Assembly: GCA_035221665.1 (NCBI GenBank)
Contig: CM069149.1
Span: 40,424,001-40,488,000, forward strand
Direction: 5' to 3'
From: Okamejei kenojei
Lineage: Eukaryota
DNA length: 64,000 nucleotides
In this document: one piece after another, positions 1-12,623 of the stretch
How the letters are laid out: each line of letters begins with the position of its first letter
How positions within the stretch are numbered: position 1 is the first letter of the stretch
Made by a program: the position numbers and the translations under genes
Notes under the pieces: generated by a model
The model's input: only the letters and a program-made list of their open reading frames with translations
What the model was told of the DNA's origin: nothing
The model's database searches: none

Positions 1-496
1 TTTATTTGAGGGTGGAAATTGGTAGCGAGAAAAGACCAGGATAAACCAAGGTCGGCAACAGATTACCTCAGGCTGGATGGTTTGGCAAATTGTTGGCTAG
101 GGAAAGTGTGATCTCAAGAGAGAAACAATGTGGAGAACTGTGCCACTGATTAAGCAAGTCAGATGGGGGGGGGGAGAAGGGAGAAGGGGAGCGTTGAGAC
201 ATTGTACAATGAAAAGTCAATATAAATCAGCATATGTCTTACATTGCCACGGGCGTAAACTCTGCTTAATCCCTTCCCTCTTTTCCTCAGGTCTGCTTCC
301 TTCTCAAATAAACATCTCTTTAAACTCACCAGCATCTGCCTGAACAGGTTATATTGCTCTTCTGAAGTGTCTATGTAACTTTTTTTGTATATTGTTACCA
401 ATGTGGTGCCTATGTGGTCAATGTCACGGACGATATTGAGGCTTTTCCCCTCAGTTATCAAACTCCTGAACAGCCCTTTCATAAGCTAGGGTACGT

Positions 497-1115
497 TGAA
501 TTGAATTGAATACATTTTATTAGCCAAGTATGTACAAGGGTTTCGGCCCGAAACGTTGCCTATCTCCTTCGCTCCATAGATAATGCTGCACCCGCTGAGT
601 TTCTTCAGCATTTTGCTTTTATACAAGGAATTTGCTTTGGTGCTTTGCACAATATACAGTAGACAATTAAAAATAAAACATTATAATTTAAACATGTGAA
701 GAATTAAATAAAATACCAGAGCAAAAGGAGGCTACAGACTTTTGGCTGTTGAGTAGAGCAACTGCTCATGGAAAAAGAAGCCGTTTTTATGTCTGGCTGT
801 GGCGGCTTTGACAGTCCGGAGTCACCTCGCAGAGGGAAGTGCTTCAAAGAGTTTGTGGCCAGGGTGAGAGGGGTCAGAGATGATATTACCCACCCGCTTC
901 CAGGCCCTTGCAGTGTACAGTTCGTCGATGGGGGAAAGGTTGCAGCCAACAACCTTCTCGGCTGATCGAACGAAGCGCTGCAGACTCCGGATGTCATGCT
1001 TGGTGGCTGTGCCAAACCAGACCGTGATGGAGAAGGTGAGGACAGACACTATGATGGCAGTATAAAACTGGACCATCATTGCCTGTGGCAGATTGCGTTT
1101 TCTCAGCTGCCGCAA
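497..1115 (-). mobile_element. Rex1/Babar-type LINE 3' fragment (RT C-terminal region and 3' tail)
   Basis: ORF 822-1115 reads LRQLRKRNLPQAMMVQFYTAIIVSVLTFSITVWFG...DPSHPGHKLFEALPS, typical of the Rex1/Babar post-RT region; short TTGAA repeat tail near 497-512. Confidence 0.85.
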
Positions 1116-1912
1116 TGACTCAGTGCCGCAGATTGTGTTTTCTCTGCTGTCTCAGTGGACCACCACCGGGTGGCGCCTGCAACCTGCTGCCTCGCGAGCA
1201 GTCGGTCTTGTCCCTTCTCTGTTTTTATTATTTTAAGTATGTCTTGAATGTTTGTTTTAATGTTTCTTGGTATGTTTTATGTGAGGGGTGCGGGGAGTGG
1301 GGGGGGGGGGGGGATCAGGGGGATCGGGGGAAACCCTTTTCAGTCACTTACCTCAACGGCGATGCGATCTTTCTCCGTGTCGCATCTCCGTCTCCCTTGC
1401 GGCCTACAACGTGGAGTGGTGCGGCCTTTCCTGGAGACCGGCCCAGAGCTTCAAGCCGCAGGTGCGGCGCGGATTTACCATTGTGGACTTACCATCGCGG
1501 AGCCTGAGATGTTTTGCCGAAGATCGCCAGTGTTGGAGCTCCGACCCCGAGGCCTGTGGACTTTAACACCAGTAAGAAGCGGCCGACTCGGGAGTTCCGA
1601 GTGTTCCGATCCATCCCAATGCCGGAGTTTCGATCATCCCGACGAGAGGGCTTGAACAGCGGACCGTCGGCAACAGCCCCGTTCAAAGGCCCCAACCACG
1701 GATGAATAAAGGAGGAAGATGACTGGACTTTATTGCCTTTCATCACAGTGTGGAATGTTGATTCCACTGTGGAGGATGCTTATGTTAAACTTCATTTTAT
1801 GTTCTGTGTGTGTTTTTGCTTTTTACTTAGTATGGCTGTATGAAAACTCAAATTTCACTGTACCGTAATTGGTACGTGTGACAATTAAATTGAATCTTGT
1901 ATCTTGAATCTT
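1116..1912 (+). mobile_element. GC-rich non-autonomous retroelement inserted into the Rex1 fragment
   Basis: Removing 1116-1912 rejoins the Rex1 frame (MYL|LRQL). Ends in a LINE-like tail (AATTTCACTGTACC...GTGACAATTAAA) plus ATCTTGA repeats. A related copy lies at about 23990-24290 on the - strand. Confidence 0.7.
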
Positions 1913-2070
1913 GAGGTACATCAGCTGTTGGGCCTTTTTGAGTATGGAGTCGATGGTGGCCTCCCATATAAGGTCCATGGAGATGATGGTTCCAAGGAAC
2001 TTAAATGACTCCACAAATGTGGCTGTGGTGTTGTTGATGGTGAGTAGGGGGAAGGAATTCCTATTCACCT
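1913..2070 (-). mobile_element. Rex1/Babar LINE fragment (upstream part, FKFLG motif)
   Basis: VESFKFLGTIISMDLIWEATIDSILKKAQQLMYL, continuous with the 822-1115 ORF once the insert is removed. Confidence 0.85.
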
Positions 2071-2539
2071 CTACCCAATTGTGGACATTGGACTTTGTCT
2101 CTGGAACTGATGATCTATTGTGCTATTAACGGCATTATTGTGGGCTGAAGGGCCTGTTCCTGTGCTGTACCGTTCTATGTTCTGTTTTCTAATGCTGAGA
2201 ACTGTATTGTGCACTCTGTATCATCCCCTTTGCCCCACTTGTTGTACTTGAGTATGACCTGATTGTATTTATGTCTAGTTTTAATTGATCTGACCATAAT
2301 AAACCTAAACAAAGGAAGGGAGATGCACAGAAGGCTGAAGTCAGAAGAGTGGATTATTCTGGAGAAGACATTGAGGATAGGAGATAAGGAGATACGAGAT
2401 TCAGCAGAGTGCGGATTTAAATATGTGACATTGAGAAACAAGGACCCAATATAGGTCAGGAAGAGCTGAAGTGATGGATGAAGACAACATTCAAGTTAAC
2501 AGCACTTTGTAATGGAAAAAACAAACTGTTGGTGGAACT

Positions 2540-2815
2540 TGTGTAAGAAGGAACTGCAGATGCTGGTTTAAACCGAAGATAGACACAAGAAGCTGGATAA
2601 ACTCAGCGGAACAAGCAGCATCCCTGGAGAGAAGGAACGGGTGCCGTTTCGGGTCGAGACCCTTCTTCAGACTGGTTAGGGATAAGGGAAACGAGAGATA
2701 TACTGTGGACGGTGATGTGGAGAGATAAAGACCGATGAATGAAAGATATGCAAGAATGTAACCATGAGACAGGAAACAGGCCATTGTTAGCTGTTTGGAG
2801 GGTGAAGATGAGAAG
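2540..2815 (-). mobile_element. Penelope-like element terminal repeat fragment with degenerate hammerhead motif
   Basis: Reverse complement contains CTGAAGAAGGGTCTCGACCCGAAAC and the CAGCATCTGCAGTTCCTTC tail shared by the other copies. Confidence 0.75.
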
Positions 2816-3381
2816 GGTTTGTCGGGTCAGGCAGCATCGTTTAGAACAATGGAGAGATGACCTTTCCGATTGGGAACTTTCCTTAGTTCGAAGTTGTTAA
2901 ACCAGCTAAGTTCCTCAGAGGACAAAAAGTCAGAAGACCCGTGTGCATTTAAATAAAGGATAACTCAGTAGCTTTTTCTAGATCCCTAACAATATACTGG
3001 CACTATATTCCGAGGACATTCAACTTTCCTGGCAACTTTAAGACCAGAGATTTTCTTTTCAGCAACTAATATTCCAGTGCAGTTAGAATTGAAGAAAATT
3101 ATTGGAAATTAACATGTATTGATGTTAAATGCTACGTGCATTTGTTTTAATAGTAAAAACTGTAATTGATTCTGTTGTTCCTGGTGAAATATGAAAATGA
3201 CTTCCCTTTCCAGTATATTGAACTGTACTTATATTTCAAGTACATGTTTTATAATAGGAATAGGAATACTTTATTGTCGCGTGACGAGGCACAGTGAAAT
3301 TGTTTGCTTGCACACACAATGTATACAATAGCTACAAGAGGCACAAGATCTTTTTTTTTTAATGGTTTGTGTTTACTGCAG

Positions 3382-3508
3382 CTCTTTATGGAATCTGGAA
3401 AAAAAAACACACGAAGGTCATATCGTTAAAAACGAGGAACTACAAACATTCCTGAAACCAATTTTTAACCAAGGTTCCCCGAACGTTGTGCTATTTCTTC
3501 AGAATGAG
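3382..3508 (+). CDS. ATP6AP1-like: ATP6AP1-like exon 2
   Basis: tgcag|C...GAG|gttagt; SLWNLEKKTHEGHIVKNEELQTFLKPIFNQGSPNVVLFLQNE, matching Ac45 DLW...THEGHI...NVLLFLQDK. Confidence 0.93.
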
Positions 3509-3604
3509 GTTAGTGAAGGCTATTTATAACATCAAAGTTTATGCCACAGTTTTTGTTTAGTGCACTGTGATGTGTACTCCTTGACCCTTCTGTTTGCTTC
3601 ATAG

Positions 3605-3673
3605 CTTAGTGTTGAAGATTTCACACAGTATGGCCCTGAAAATGGAGATGATGAAACATTCGGCAATGTACAG
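3605..3673 (+). CDS. ATP6AP1-like: ATP6AP1-like exon 3
   Basis: catag|CTT...CAG|gtaaat; LSVEDFTQYGPENGDDETFGNVQ (Ac45 LSIEDFTAYG). Confidence 0.93.
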
Positions 3674-4129
3674 GTAAATATGGCCATGCTACTGTCAGTT
3701 GCCATTTGGCTGAATATGAAATTGAACTAATGTAAGTGGAGTTGAGGTTTCAACACTTGTAACCACCGGTTATAAAGTCAAAAACATACTGTAGTTTCTG
3801 TCCTGAGAATTCCATTACATTGCAATAACGTGTGAAAGATATTTAAAAAAACATTAAAAATGGGAGAACAAAATCGCATTGCATTTGTATAGATCCGTTC
3901 ATTTAGTTTAGTTTTGTTTAGAGATACAGCATGAAAGCAGGCCTTTGGCCCATCGAGTCTGTGCCGACCAGCGATCACCTGTACACTAGTTCTGTCCTAC
4001 ACAGAAGACAATTAACCTACAAACCTGCATGTTTTTACAATGTGGGAAGAAATCAGAGCACCCAGATTGTCCTTTCTTGTTTTACCCAGAATCTGCAGTT
4101 CTTTGGTTCTACCATTTGCAGGCATCTTT

Positions 4130-4262
4130 ACAGTCTGAAGAAGGGTCTCGACCCGAAACCTCACCAATTCCTTCTCTCCAGAGATGCTGCCTGTCCCACT
4201 GAATCACTCCAGCATTTTGTGTCTATCTTCGGTTTAAATCAGCATCCGCAGTTCCTTCTGAC
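4130..4262 (+). mobile_element. Penelope-like terminal repeat with hammerhead-like core (4135-4162)
   Basis: CTGAAGAAGGGTCTCGACCCGAAACCTC directly upstream of the Penelope RT remnant. Confidence 0.75.
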
Positions 4263-4283
4263 ATGTTTATTTTATTGATATCA

Positions 4284-5778
4284 TAGACCCATTGTTTCTG
4301 CTGGTTCTTGTCCCACCTAACTTATTTCCACATATCTCGACTACATCCTATCCCCCCTAGTCAAATCCCTCCCAACCTATGTCCAAGACACCTCACACGC
4401 TCTTTGTCTCCTTCATGACTTCCGTTTTCCAGGCCTCCCACTCCCTCATCTTCACTATGGATGTCCAGTCACTCTACACCTCTATCCCCTACCAGGAGGG
4501 TCTTAAAGCCCCCTGTTTCTTCCTCGACCGTAGAACCAACCAATACCCGTCTATTAATATTCTCCTCCGAGCTGGTCCTTTTCCTTTGACTCATCCCATT
4601 TCCTCCAAATCCAAGGCGTAGCTATGGGCACACGCATGGGCCACAGCCATGCCTGCCTCTTTGTAGGGTACGTCGAACAATCCTTGTTTGAGGCGTACCG
4701 TGGCCCCATCCCCGAACTCTACCTTCGCTACATTGATGACTGCATTGGTGCTACCTCCTGCACCCATGCAGAACTCACTGACTTCATCCATGTTCACCAC
4801 TAACTTCCATCCGACACTCAAATTCACCTGGACCTCTAGACCTCATCATCTCCATCGCAGGTAATAGACTACTGACCAACATCTACTACAAACCCACTGA
4901 CTCCCATGGCTATCTGGACTATACTTCTTCCCTCCCTGCTTCCTGTAAGGACTATCCCCTACTCCCAATTCCTCCGTCTACGCCACATCTGCATTCAGGA
5001 TGAGGTGTTCCAAACCAGGGCATTGGAGATGTCCTCATTCTTTAGGGAACAAGGGTTTGCCTCTTCGACTATAGTATCTCACCAGGGTCTCCTCTATATT
5101 CCGTAGCTCCACTCTCACTCCCCATCCCCCCCAACTCATAACAAGGACAGAGTCCCCCTTGTCCTCACCTTCCACCCTACCAGCCATCACATACAACAGA
5201 TAAGCCTCCAACATGTTCGCCACCTACAATGGGATCCCACCACTGGGCACATCTTCCCATCTCCTCCCCTTTCTGCTTTCCGCAGAGACCATTCCCTCTG
5301 TAACTCCCTGGTCAATTTGTCCCTTCCCACCCAAAGCACCCCCTCCCCTGGTACATTCCCTTGAAACCTCAGGAAATGCTACACTTGTAGCTTTACCTCC
5401 CCCCTCGACTCCATCCAAGGACCCAAGCAGTCTTTCCAGGTGAGGCAGAGGTTCACCTGCACCTCCTCCAACCTGATCTATTGCATCCGCTGTTCCAGGT
5501 GTCAACTGCTCTGCATCGGTGCGACCAAACGCAGGCTTGGCAATCGCTTCGCCCAACACCTCCGCTCAGTTCGCAATAACCAACCTGATCTCCCTGTAGC
5601 TCAGCACTTAAACTCCCCCTCCCAAATCCGACCTAAAAGTCTTTATTTTGCTTGGGTGGTTTACACCCTAACTGTATGAACATTGACCTCCAATTTCAGG
5701 TGGGCTGCCTCACCGCTGAGTTTCAGCTTTTTTTGTCTACCTTCAATTTTTCCAGCATCTGCAGTTCTTTCTTGAATA
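4284..5778 (+). mobile_element. Degenerate Penelope-like retroelement (RT plus GIY-YIG endonuclease)
   Basis: RT motifs IFTMDVQSLYTSIP, GVAMG and LRYIDD (about 4720-4740); TIPYSQFLRL; GIY-YIG-type NLIYCIRCSRCQLLCIGATKRRLGNRFAQHLRSV. Many frameshifts. Confidence 0.9.
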
Positions 5779-5925
5779 TATAAGAGCAGCTTTTATTATT
5801 TAATATGAAGCAAATTTTAGTTTAACACCCTTCCAAGATAAATGTGAGTCGCTCTGTACTGCATGTCTCATTCACTAACCCACTCCAGAGAATTATATTG
5901 TCGCTATTAATTTCCTTAGCATTGA

Positions 5926-7661
5926 CAGAGACTCCAACCCCAAGCACCTTCTGATCTGGAGATTCTCCCGCCTGGATCCCCTAGGAAACTGGAGACTCCA
6001 AACTCATGTGCCCTGGAAGCTCTAGGGTTCCTCTCTGGTGCTATCTTAGGCTTATTTTTGAACATATGATCACACTAAATTAGTAACAATCCAATGCTTC
6101 AAATCATATATAATTGCTTAATAAAGATTCTTCATTTTGGTTTCTTGGAACATCTTACCACAGAGATGTGAGAGAATTAGAGAAAGCAGTGATCTCTGGA
6201 GTAAGGTTTTTCCCAGTTGGTTATTAACAATTTCACTGCTTCTGAAAATTTTCTGATTTGTTAAATTCTGATCAGTACTTACCAACTCATAAAATCCAAC
6301 GTTTAATGTTAAGTCACTCAGTGAGCCATTCATAACCCGGCAAAATATGATTTACTAAATTAGTTTCAATGTCATTTATCATGCAAGTCTTCCATATCCA
6401 TAGTCCTTGTCTTCCTTTTCTTTAGACAGAAGTATATTCTTGGTTGTATTTTTTTGTTGCTACCTTTGCTGCCCTTATCAAACTTTTTGGAGGGATGAAT
6501 TTGTAGCTGGGCTCATCGCAATTGACCTTGCAGCTGAGAATTGCAGCAGTGGCATGGCTGGTCAGTTTTGCAATCTCACTATCTGGGAACATTGCTTTGC
6601 ATAAATCTGTAAAGCTGTCCCCCAGACTGAATGGCAAGTTAGACTCGGCGATCCACTGGCAGACCAAGATTTCTGCCTTTGTCACTCTGTCTTGACAGGA
6701 ATCAGTCTCCTTCGATTGGCCAAAATAATCCGCCATTCTTGCCTGCCTGCCCTCTCTTTTGACGGCATGGAGTTTTGCATGGTGGCTTGCCAGGCTCACA
6801 TGCTTAACCATATCACTGATGCCCCCATGCTTCACGGAAAATGTAGTAACACAATACGTGCAAAAACAGTTGAGGTGCCGGTGTCCTTCTGATGAGGAGT
6901 CAGCCCACGAAATCGGTCTTCTCGGAACCACTCTGGTTTCCATGAGCACAAATACTTCTTTTTAGTTTTAATACTGCTACTAGTACTTCTAGTACTTCGC
7001 CGTCGCCTCCGGCATTCTTCCGTTTGGCAGACATGACTTTACTCGATCTCTAGAACTTGAAGTCTAGTCTAGGCTGTCAAGTGCATAGCCGGCCCAATGC
7101 ATGCATATGCAGCTAGCTACGTAGCTACGTAGCTACGTGTATGTAGCTAATAATACACGTACACACGTACGAGCTAGCTTCGCTCGATCTACATCTACCT
7201 TAGATAATCTGGACCATAAAACACGCGTGTACTGCATCAAGGCCCACGGTCACGGAGTCGCGTCGGATCGGAGTGTGATGCTAAAGCAAATAGAGCTACA
7301 TTATATACACGGTGCTGTGTGTATCGAACGCGGGCCGGGGGGGGGGGGGGGGGGGGGGGGTAGAGCGCCTAGCATGCACATTATACATGTATGCACTACA
7401 TGCATTTAAACGTATATAGTATCGCGTGTGCGCATTTGGTGATTTATACACCGTGGAAATGCATGAAAATTAAATTCCACTTTTCAAAAAGGAGATTGGG
7501 CGGGAGAAAGAACATTTCAAGCGGGAGAAAATACATCTTAAATGGGAGACACAAAGCCAGGGCGGGAGAAATTAAATCTCAAGCGGGAGAGCGGGAGATT
7601 TTGCGAAAATGGCCTTTCGGCGGGAGATCTCCCGCCGAAAGCGGGAGAGTTGGAGTCACTG
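5926..7661 (-). mobile_element. Internally deleted hAT-like DNA transposon with zinc-finger transposase N-terminus
   Basis: TIRs CAGAGACTCCAAC and GTTGGAGTCACTG; flanking duplication GCATTGA (5919-5925, 7662-7668); repeated GCGGGAGA subterminal motifs at 7500-7650. ORF 6422-6949 has CTYC..FSVKHGGISDMVKH..LASH and NLPFSLGD...MFPDSEIAK. Confidence 0.85.
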
Positions 7662-8851
7662 GCATTGATCAAATACATGGACTGCTAAGTCTATGACGCG
7701 TAACCAGATTTTTCAAGACAGAATAAGATCGTCATGAATTCAGCATTTAAAAACTGATGAATAATGAAAATGAGTTTTCTCATTTTATGTATCTGGTCAC
7801 TGATGCAGCAGATGTCACTGCCAACACTGATTAAGATGAATGATTTACCTCAATTAATCCAGGTTTAAACACAACCTACAAGAGACTGATTACTCATAAA
7901 CTGTGAAATGTTGTATCAGCTAACTTTCTAATCTATGACAAATCATTAAGTCAACTACTACAAGCAAATATTCCTTGCTGTGGCGGCACAGGTAACTGGG
8001 TACACCTCTCCTTTGGTCAAGTTCCACTTATGCAATGAGGTGTGACTGAAGTCTTTACCTCAGGGTGGCTACGTTACATGTAGGGAAATGAAAAATGGCT
8101 TGCAAGGTATCACGGGCTGCACATTAGATGATAAGGTAATAAGTGATAGGCCATTCGAGCCATTCTACTCTGCTATTCAATCATGGCTGATCTATCTCTC
8201 CCTTCTAACCCCATTCTCCTGCCTTCTCCCCATAACATTGGGCCAGAATGTCTGCTGCCCGCACTATCTCTATAACGACACTTACTTTTTTTTTGGTCTA
8301 ATGGAACCAAACATATTTTCAAGCCTTGAGCAAAACACAAACTGCTGGAGGAACTCAGCGGGGCAGGCGGCATCTGTGGAGGGAAATGGATATATGACGT
8401 TTCGGGGTGGGACCTTTCATGAGTCTGAAGATGGGTCAAGATGTGAAAGGTCACCTGTGCGTTTTCCTTCACAGATGCTGGCAGACATGCTGAGTTTCTC
8501 CAGTGCTTTGTGTTTCGCTCAAGGTTGCAGCACCTGCAGTTACTTGTGTCTCCAGTTTTTTAAGACTTGTCGCCACTGCTGTGTTTTAAAGCGATGTGGT
8601 TTGTGAGCAGTGACGGGGCATCAAGTGTTGGATCCCATTACCATGTGCTCAAACCAGCCTGAGGGCCCTTGACAGGTTTAGACTTTAGACTGGAGATACA
8701 GTGAGGAAACAGGGCCTTTAGCCCACTGAGTCAGTGCCGACCAGCGATCACCCCATACACTACCACTGTCCTACACCCTAGGGACATTTTACAATTTTAC
8801 CAAATCCAATTGACCTAAAAACCTATATGTCATAAGATCATAATTGATAGT

Positions 8852-9250
8852 AGTAGAATTAGGCCATTTAGCCCATTGAGTCTACTCCGCCATTCAATCA
8901 TGGCTGATCTATCTCTCCCTCCTAACCTCATTCTCCTGCCTTCTCCTCATGAACTCTGACACCTGTACTAATCAAGAATCTATCTATCTCTGCCTTAAAT
9001 ATATCCACTAACTTTGCCTCCACAGCCTTCTGTGGCAAGAAATCCACAGATTCACCACCCTCTGACTAAAGAAATTCCTCCTCATCTGCTTCCAAAAAGA
9101 ACGTCCTTAAATTCTGAGGCTATGACCTCTAGTCCTAGACGCTCCCACTAGTGGAAACATGCCTCTCCACATCCGCTGTATCCAAGCCTTTCACTATTCT
9201 GTACATTTCAATGAGGTCCCCCCCCCTCATTCTTTTAAACTCCAGCGATT
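8852..9250 (-). mobile_element. CR1/HER1-type LINE 3' fragment
   Basis: Reverse complement encodes the conserved ESRTRGHSLRI...RRNFFSQRVVNL region plus the 3' UTR seen in other copies. Confidence 0.8.
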
Positions 9251-11491
9251 ATAGGCCCCAGTGGCTCTTTGGAGTGTGGGAGGAAACCGGGGCACCCAGA
9301 GAAAACCCACGTGGTCACAGGGTGAACATACAAACTCCGTACAGACAGCACCCGTGGTCAGATTTGAACCCAGGTCTCTGGCGCTGTAAGGCAGCAACTC
9401 TACTGCTGCGCCACCGTGCCGGCCCTTATTGGGGGTCAATAGACAAGTTCAAAAACAGTTAAATATATTTTATTATGCAAATATGAAAAATTATATTAAA
9501 ATAACAAATTTAGTTAAAATACATTTAAGTGATAGAAATGAAAAACATTGAGATTTAAAAAAATAAATAAAGAAAATCACTTGCGTAGGAAGGAACTGCA
9601 AATACTGATTTATAACGAAGATAGACACAAAATGCTGCGGTAACTCAACGGGTTAGGCAGCATCTCTGGAGAAATGGAATAGGTGACATTTCGGGTTGGA
9701 CTCTCAATCTGAAGAAGGGTCTGGACCCAAAACGTCACCGATTCCTTTTCTCCAGTTATGCTGCCTGACCCGCTGAGTTACTCCAGCACTTCGTGTCTAC
9801 TTTAAAGAAAACCAATTTGATCCTTTTCATTTTGGGTTGACAATCCCATTAGAATGGGCGGGACAACATTAGAAATGCCAGCCTTGGCTGACAATTAGTT
9901 GAGAAGCTGGATGTGAATTGCATCTGAAGGAAAGAGACAAAGTGATGGGAGTAACTCAGTGGGTCAGGTCGCATCTCCGGAGAACGTGCATAGGTGACGT
10001 TTTGGGTCAGGACCCTTCTTCAGACTTCCCTTCCGGCCTGCAGCTGAGTCTTCTGAGTTAAACCCTTAGACAATGCTGATGGTCCAGTGTGGGTCGAGAG
10101 GTTATATGTGCCAGCATCTCAGTGTATTTCAATTTAGTGTATTGTCATGGTACCGAGGTACAGTGAAAAGCTTTTGTTGCGTGCTAACCAGTCAGCGGAA
10201 AGACAATACATGATTACAATCGAGCCATTCGCAGTGTACAGATACATGATAAGGGATTTACGTTTAGTGCAAGGTAAAGCCAGTAAAGTCTGAAAGGAGA
10301 TCAAGAAGATCATAGTTAAAGTAAGAAATATTGCTGTAGATGCAGAAATTCAAATATGTAGAGCGATTGTAATATGTGATTGTAGATCAGCTTCTGTGGC
10401 CAGCAGGCACATAGTCGCCTGGGTTGGGCACCATCTTGGTCCATTTCAGCTCAACTCAGCGCAGGCATAGAAGTCAGTTCGTTCGCTCGTGGGTCAGACG
10501 ATGTATAGCTCGCTGTTGGCTTCTGTCGTCGTCCAACATGTTGAGAGAATTGGTCGCCGTTTCTGAGGATCGCCGCGAGGAGGCTTCTGTCATGATCTCC
10601 ACAGAGGTCAGTGACAAGTGTGTTACTGCACGCCTTTGTGTCAATTAGCTTGGAGCTTCTTACTGCAAGCTAACGGAAAACGGCGAGGGAAAGAAAAGAA
10701 TCTTAGCAATTGTTACTACTGGAAGGGGTTTCAACTGTTCCTTCCCAACCCAATTTACTTGAAGCTTTTATTCTGATTTATCTACAGATCAGGCACTTAT
10801 TTAGTTTGAAACAACAGAATCAATTTGAAAGGGAGTCAAAGAAAACTCTGTTCAGGAATGTATTAAGTAATCATGTAATATGAATCAAGCAAGATGGCAG
10901 CGACTTCACTGTGATTTAATAGGTGATGCATCAATTCAATCGCAGTAATGGAAAACAAACTTTCAGATGCAGCTGAAGAACAGGAACATAATGGGAAAAA
11001 AAATGTATAGTCTGGAAATCCGATTAGACTGGCAGCACAACTTTTAATTAATTTAAACTTATTTTATTCTTATGTATGTGGTGTTGCTGGCAAGGTTAGC
11101 ATTCGTTATCTATCTCTAATTGTTCTTGAGTGGCCCAGCCGTAGAGTTGCTGCCTCACAGCGCCAGAGACCCGGGCTCAATGCTGACTACTGGTGCTGTC
11201 TGTACGGAGTTTGTACGTTCTCCCCATGACCACACGGCTTTTTTCCCGGTATAGACAGTACAGTGATGGTGTCAAAAGTTGTATCTAATATCCAGCTAAG
11301 GCTTGAGCTAAGACTTCTGAAGATTCAGAATGAATGGGTATTTTTACATTGATTTCCTCTAATTACAATCAAATATTACACACATGTATTTAGTCAGTTT
11401 TAAAGAAGGAACTGCTGGAGAATCGAGGGTACACAAAAAGCTGGAGAAACTCAGCGGGTGCAGCAGCATCTAAGGAGCGAAGGAGATAGGC

Positions 11492-11519
11492 GACGTTTCG
11501 GGTCGAGACCCTTCTTCAG
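11492..11519 (-). ncRNA. Minimal type I hammerhead ribozyme core (intact), Penelope-associated
   Basis: Reverse complement CUGAAGA-A-GGGUC-UC-GACCC-GAAA-CG-UC: CUGANGA box, 5-bp stem II, GAAA box, GUC cleavage triplet, palindromic ACGU in place of stem III. Confidence 0.7.
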
Positions 11520-11724
11520 TTTATCAGCTTACCCTGCCATCTACATGGATTTGTGAATATGCACTTTCAGCCTAAATGCCTTGATTAAGCATACAAGCTG
11601 CGTCCACCTCAAAATAGCATCATTTCTGTTCATGTGCTTCTCTAGGATTTTCCCCTGCAATTAAATCATTTTAGACTTAAATACACATTTACCATCATCA
11701 AGGCATTTAGGTTGAATTGAAGCA

Positions 11725-12276
11725 GTTTCACCAAGGCCTGCTGGATCTCCTGGTTGCTATCTGCGTTAACGCATCTTCCCATTCACATACTGACCTTGCT
11801 GCCCTAGACCTCCTCCATTGCCAGAATGGAGCCACGTGTAAACTAGTGGAATAACCTCTCATGTTCCGCTGGACATTGAATTCTCCAATTTTGGATAGTG
11901 CCCCCTTTTCTTCCCCCACTCCACTCTTTGCCCCACTTGGGCTTACATCCATTTCTCTCACAATCTCGGCCAACTTTCTCCTTCCCCTTCATCCCCTTCC
12001 ACCTTCCTCTGGCTTCACATTTCTCACTTCTTCTTTCTTTACCTCACATTCCATTGTCTTTTTATCTCCAGCCTTTGTCCACCCATATCCCAGTCAACCC
12101 CATCCCCCCCCCCCCCCACCCCCATCTCCTTCCATAACCTGTCACTTGCTGGACTTTGACCCACCCCAACCTTCTTCAGTCTGAAGAAAGGTCTCAATCC
12201 CAAACGTCACCCATTCCTTCTCACCAGACATGCTGTCACACCTGTTGAGTTACTGCCCCATTTTGTGTCTATCTTA
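11725..12276 (+). mobile_element. Old Penelope-like 3' fragment
   Basis: Degenerate endonuclease C-terminal region, pyrimidine-rich spacer and CTGAAGA...AAACGTCAC motif at 12181-12210. Confidence 0.7.
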
Positions 12277-12623
12277 ACTTATTTGTTTGGGACACCGTTT
12301 CTTACCTGACCCAGGCATAATATACACATGTATAAATGCACCAATCTTCATTATAACAATGCTTTGGGCCAAATGGTTTACTTATCCTTTTTGCATTGGT
12401 TTTGCTATATTTTTAATGGATAAATCAAATATAATTTAGTTGTTCAATAGTGCTTTATTAGTCACAGATGCAACTGCACAGTAAAATTATTTTTGAATAT
12501 ATTTTACATGCAGGCACTGTCTTTATTGGCGCCTGCATGTGTAATATATGCAAAGACGGGTCGACCCGCGTGCTCTATGTACTGGAGCAGTTTCCGCGAA
12601 TACCCTCTCCTCTCCTTACTTTA

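Noticed and set aside
159-482. 107-aa minus-strand ORF and a possible acceptor at 290 as ATP6AP1-like exon 1
   Set aside because: No signal peptide or Ac45 N-terminal motif in any frame; at most an unverified UTR exon.
7337-7360. Long poly-G runs (also about 1300 and 37935) as functional G-quadruplexes
   Set aside because: Homopolymer lengths are unreliable in assemblies and such runs are common in these repeats.
8088-8606. 172-aa ORF
   Set aside because: Chance read-through of a CR1 tail and a fold-back Penelope repeat.
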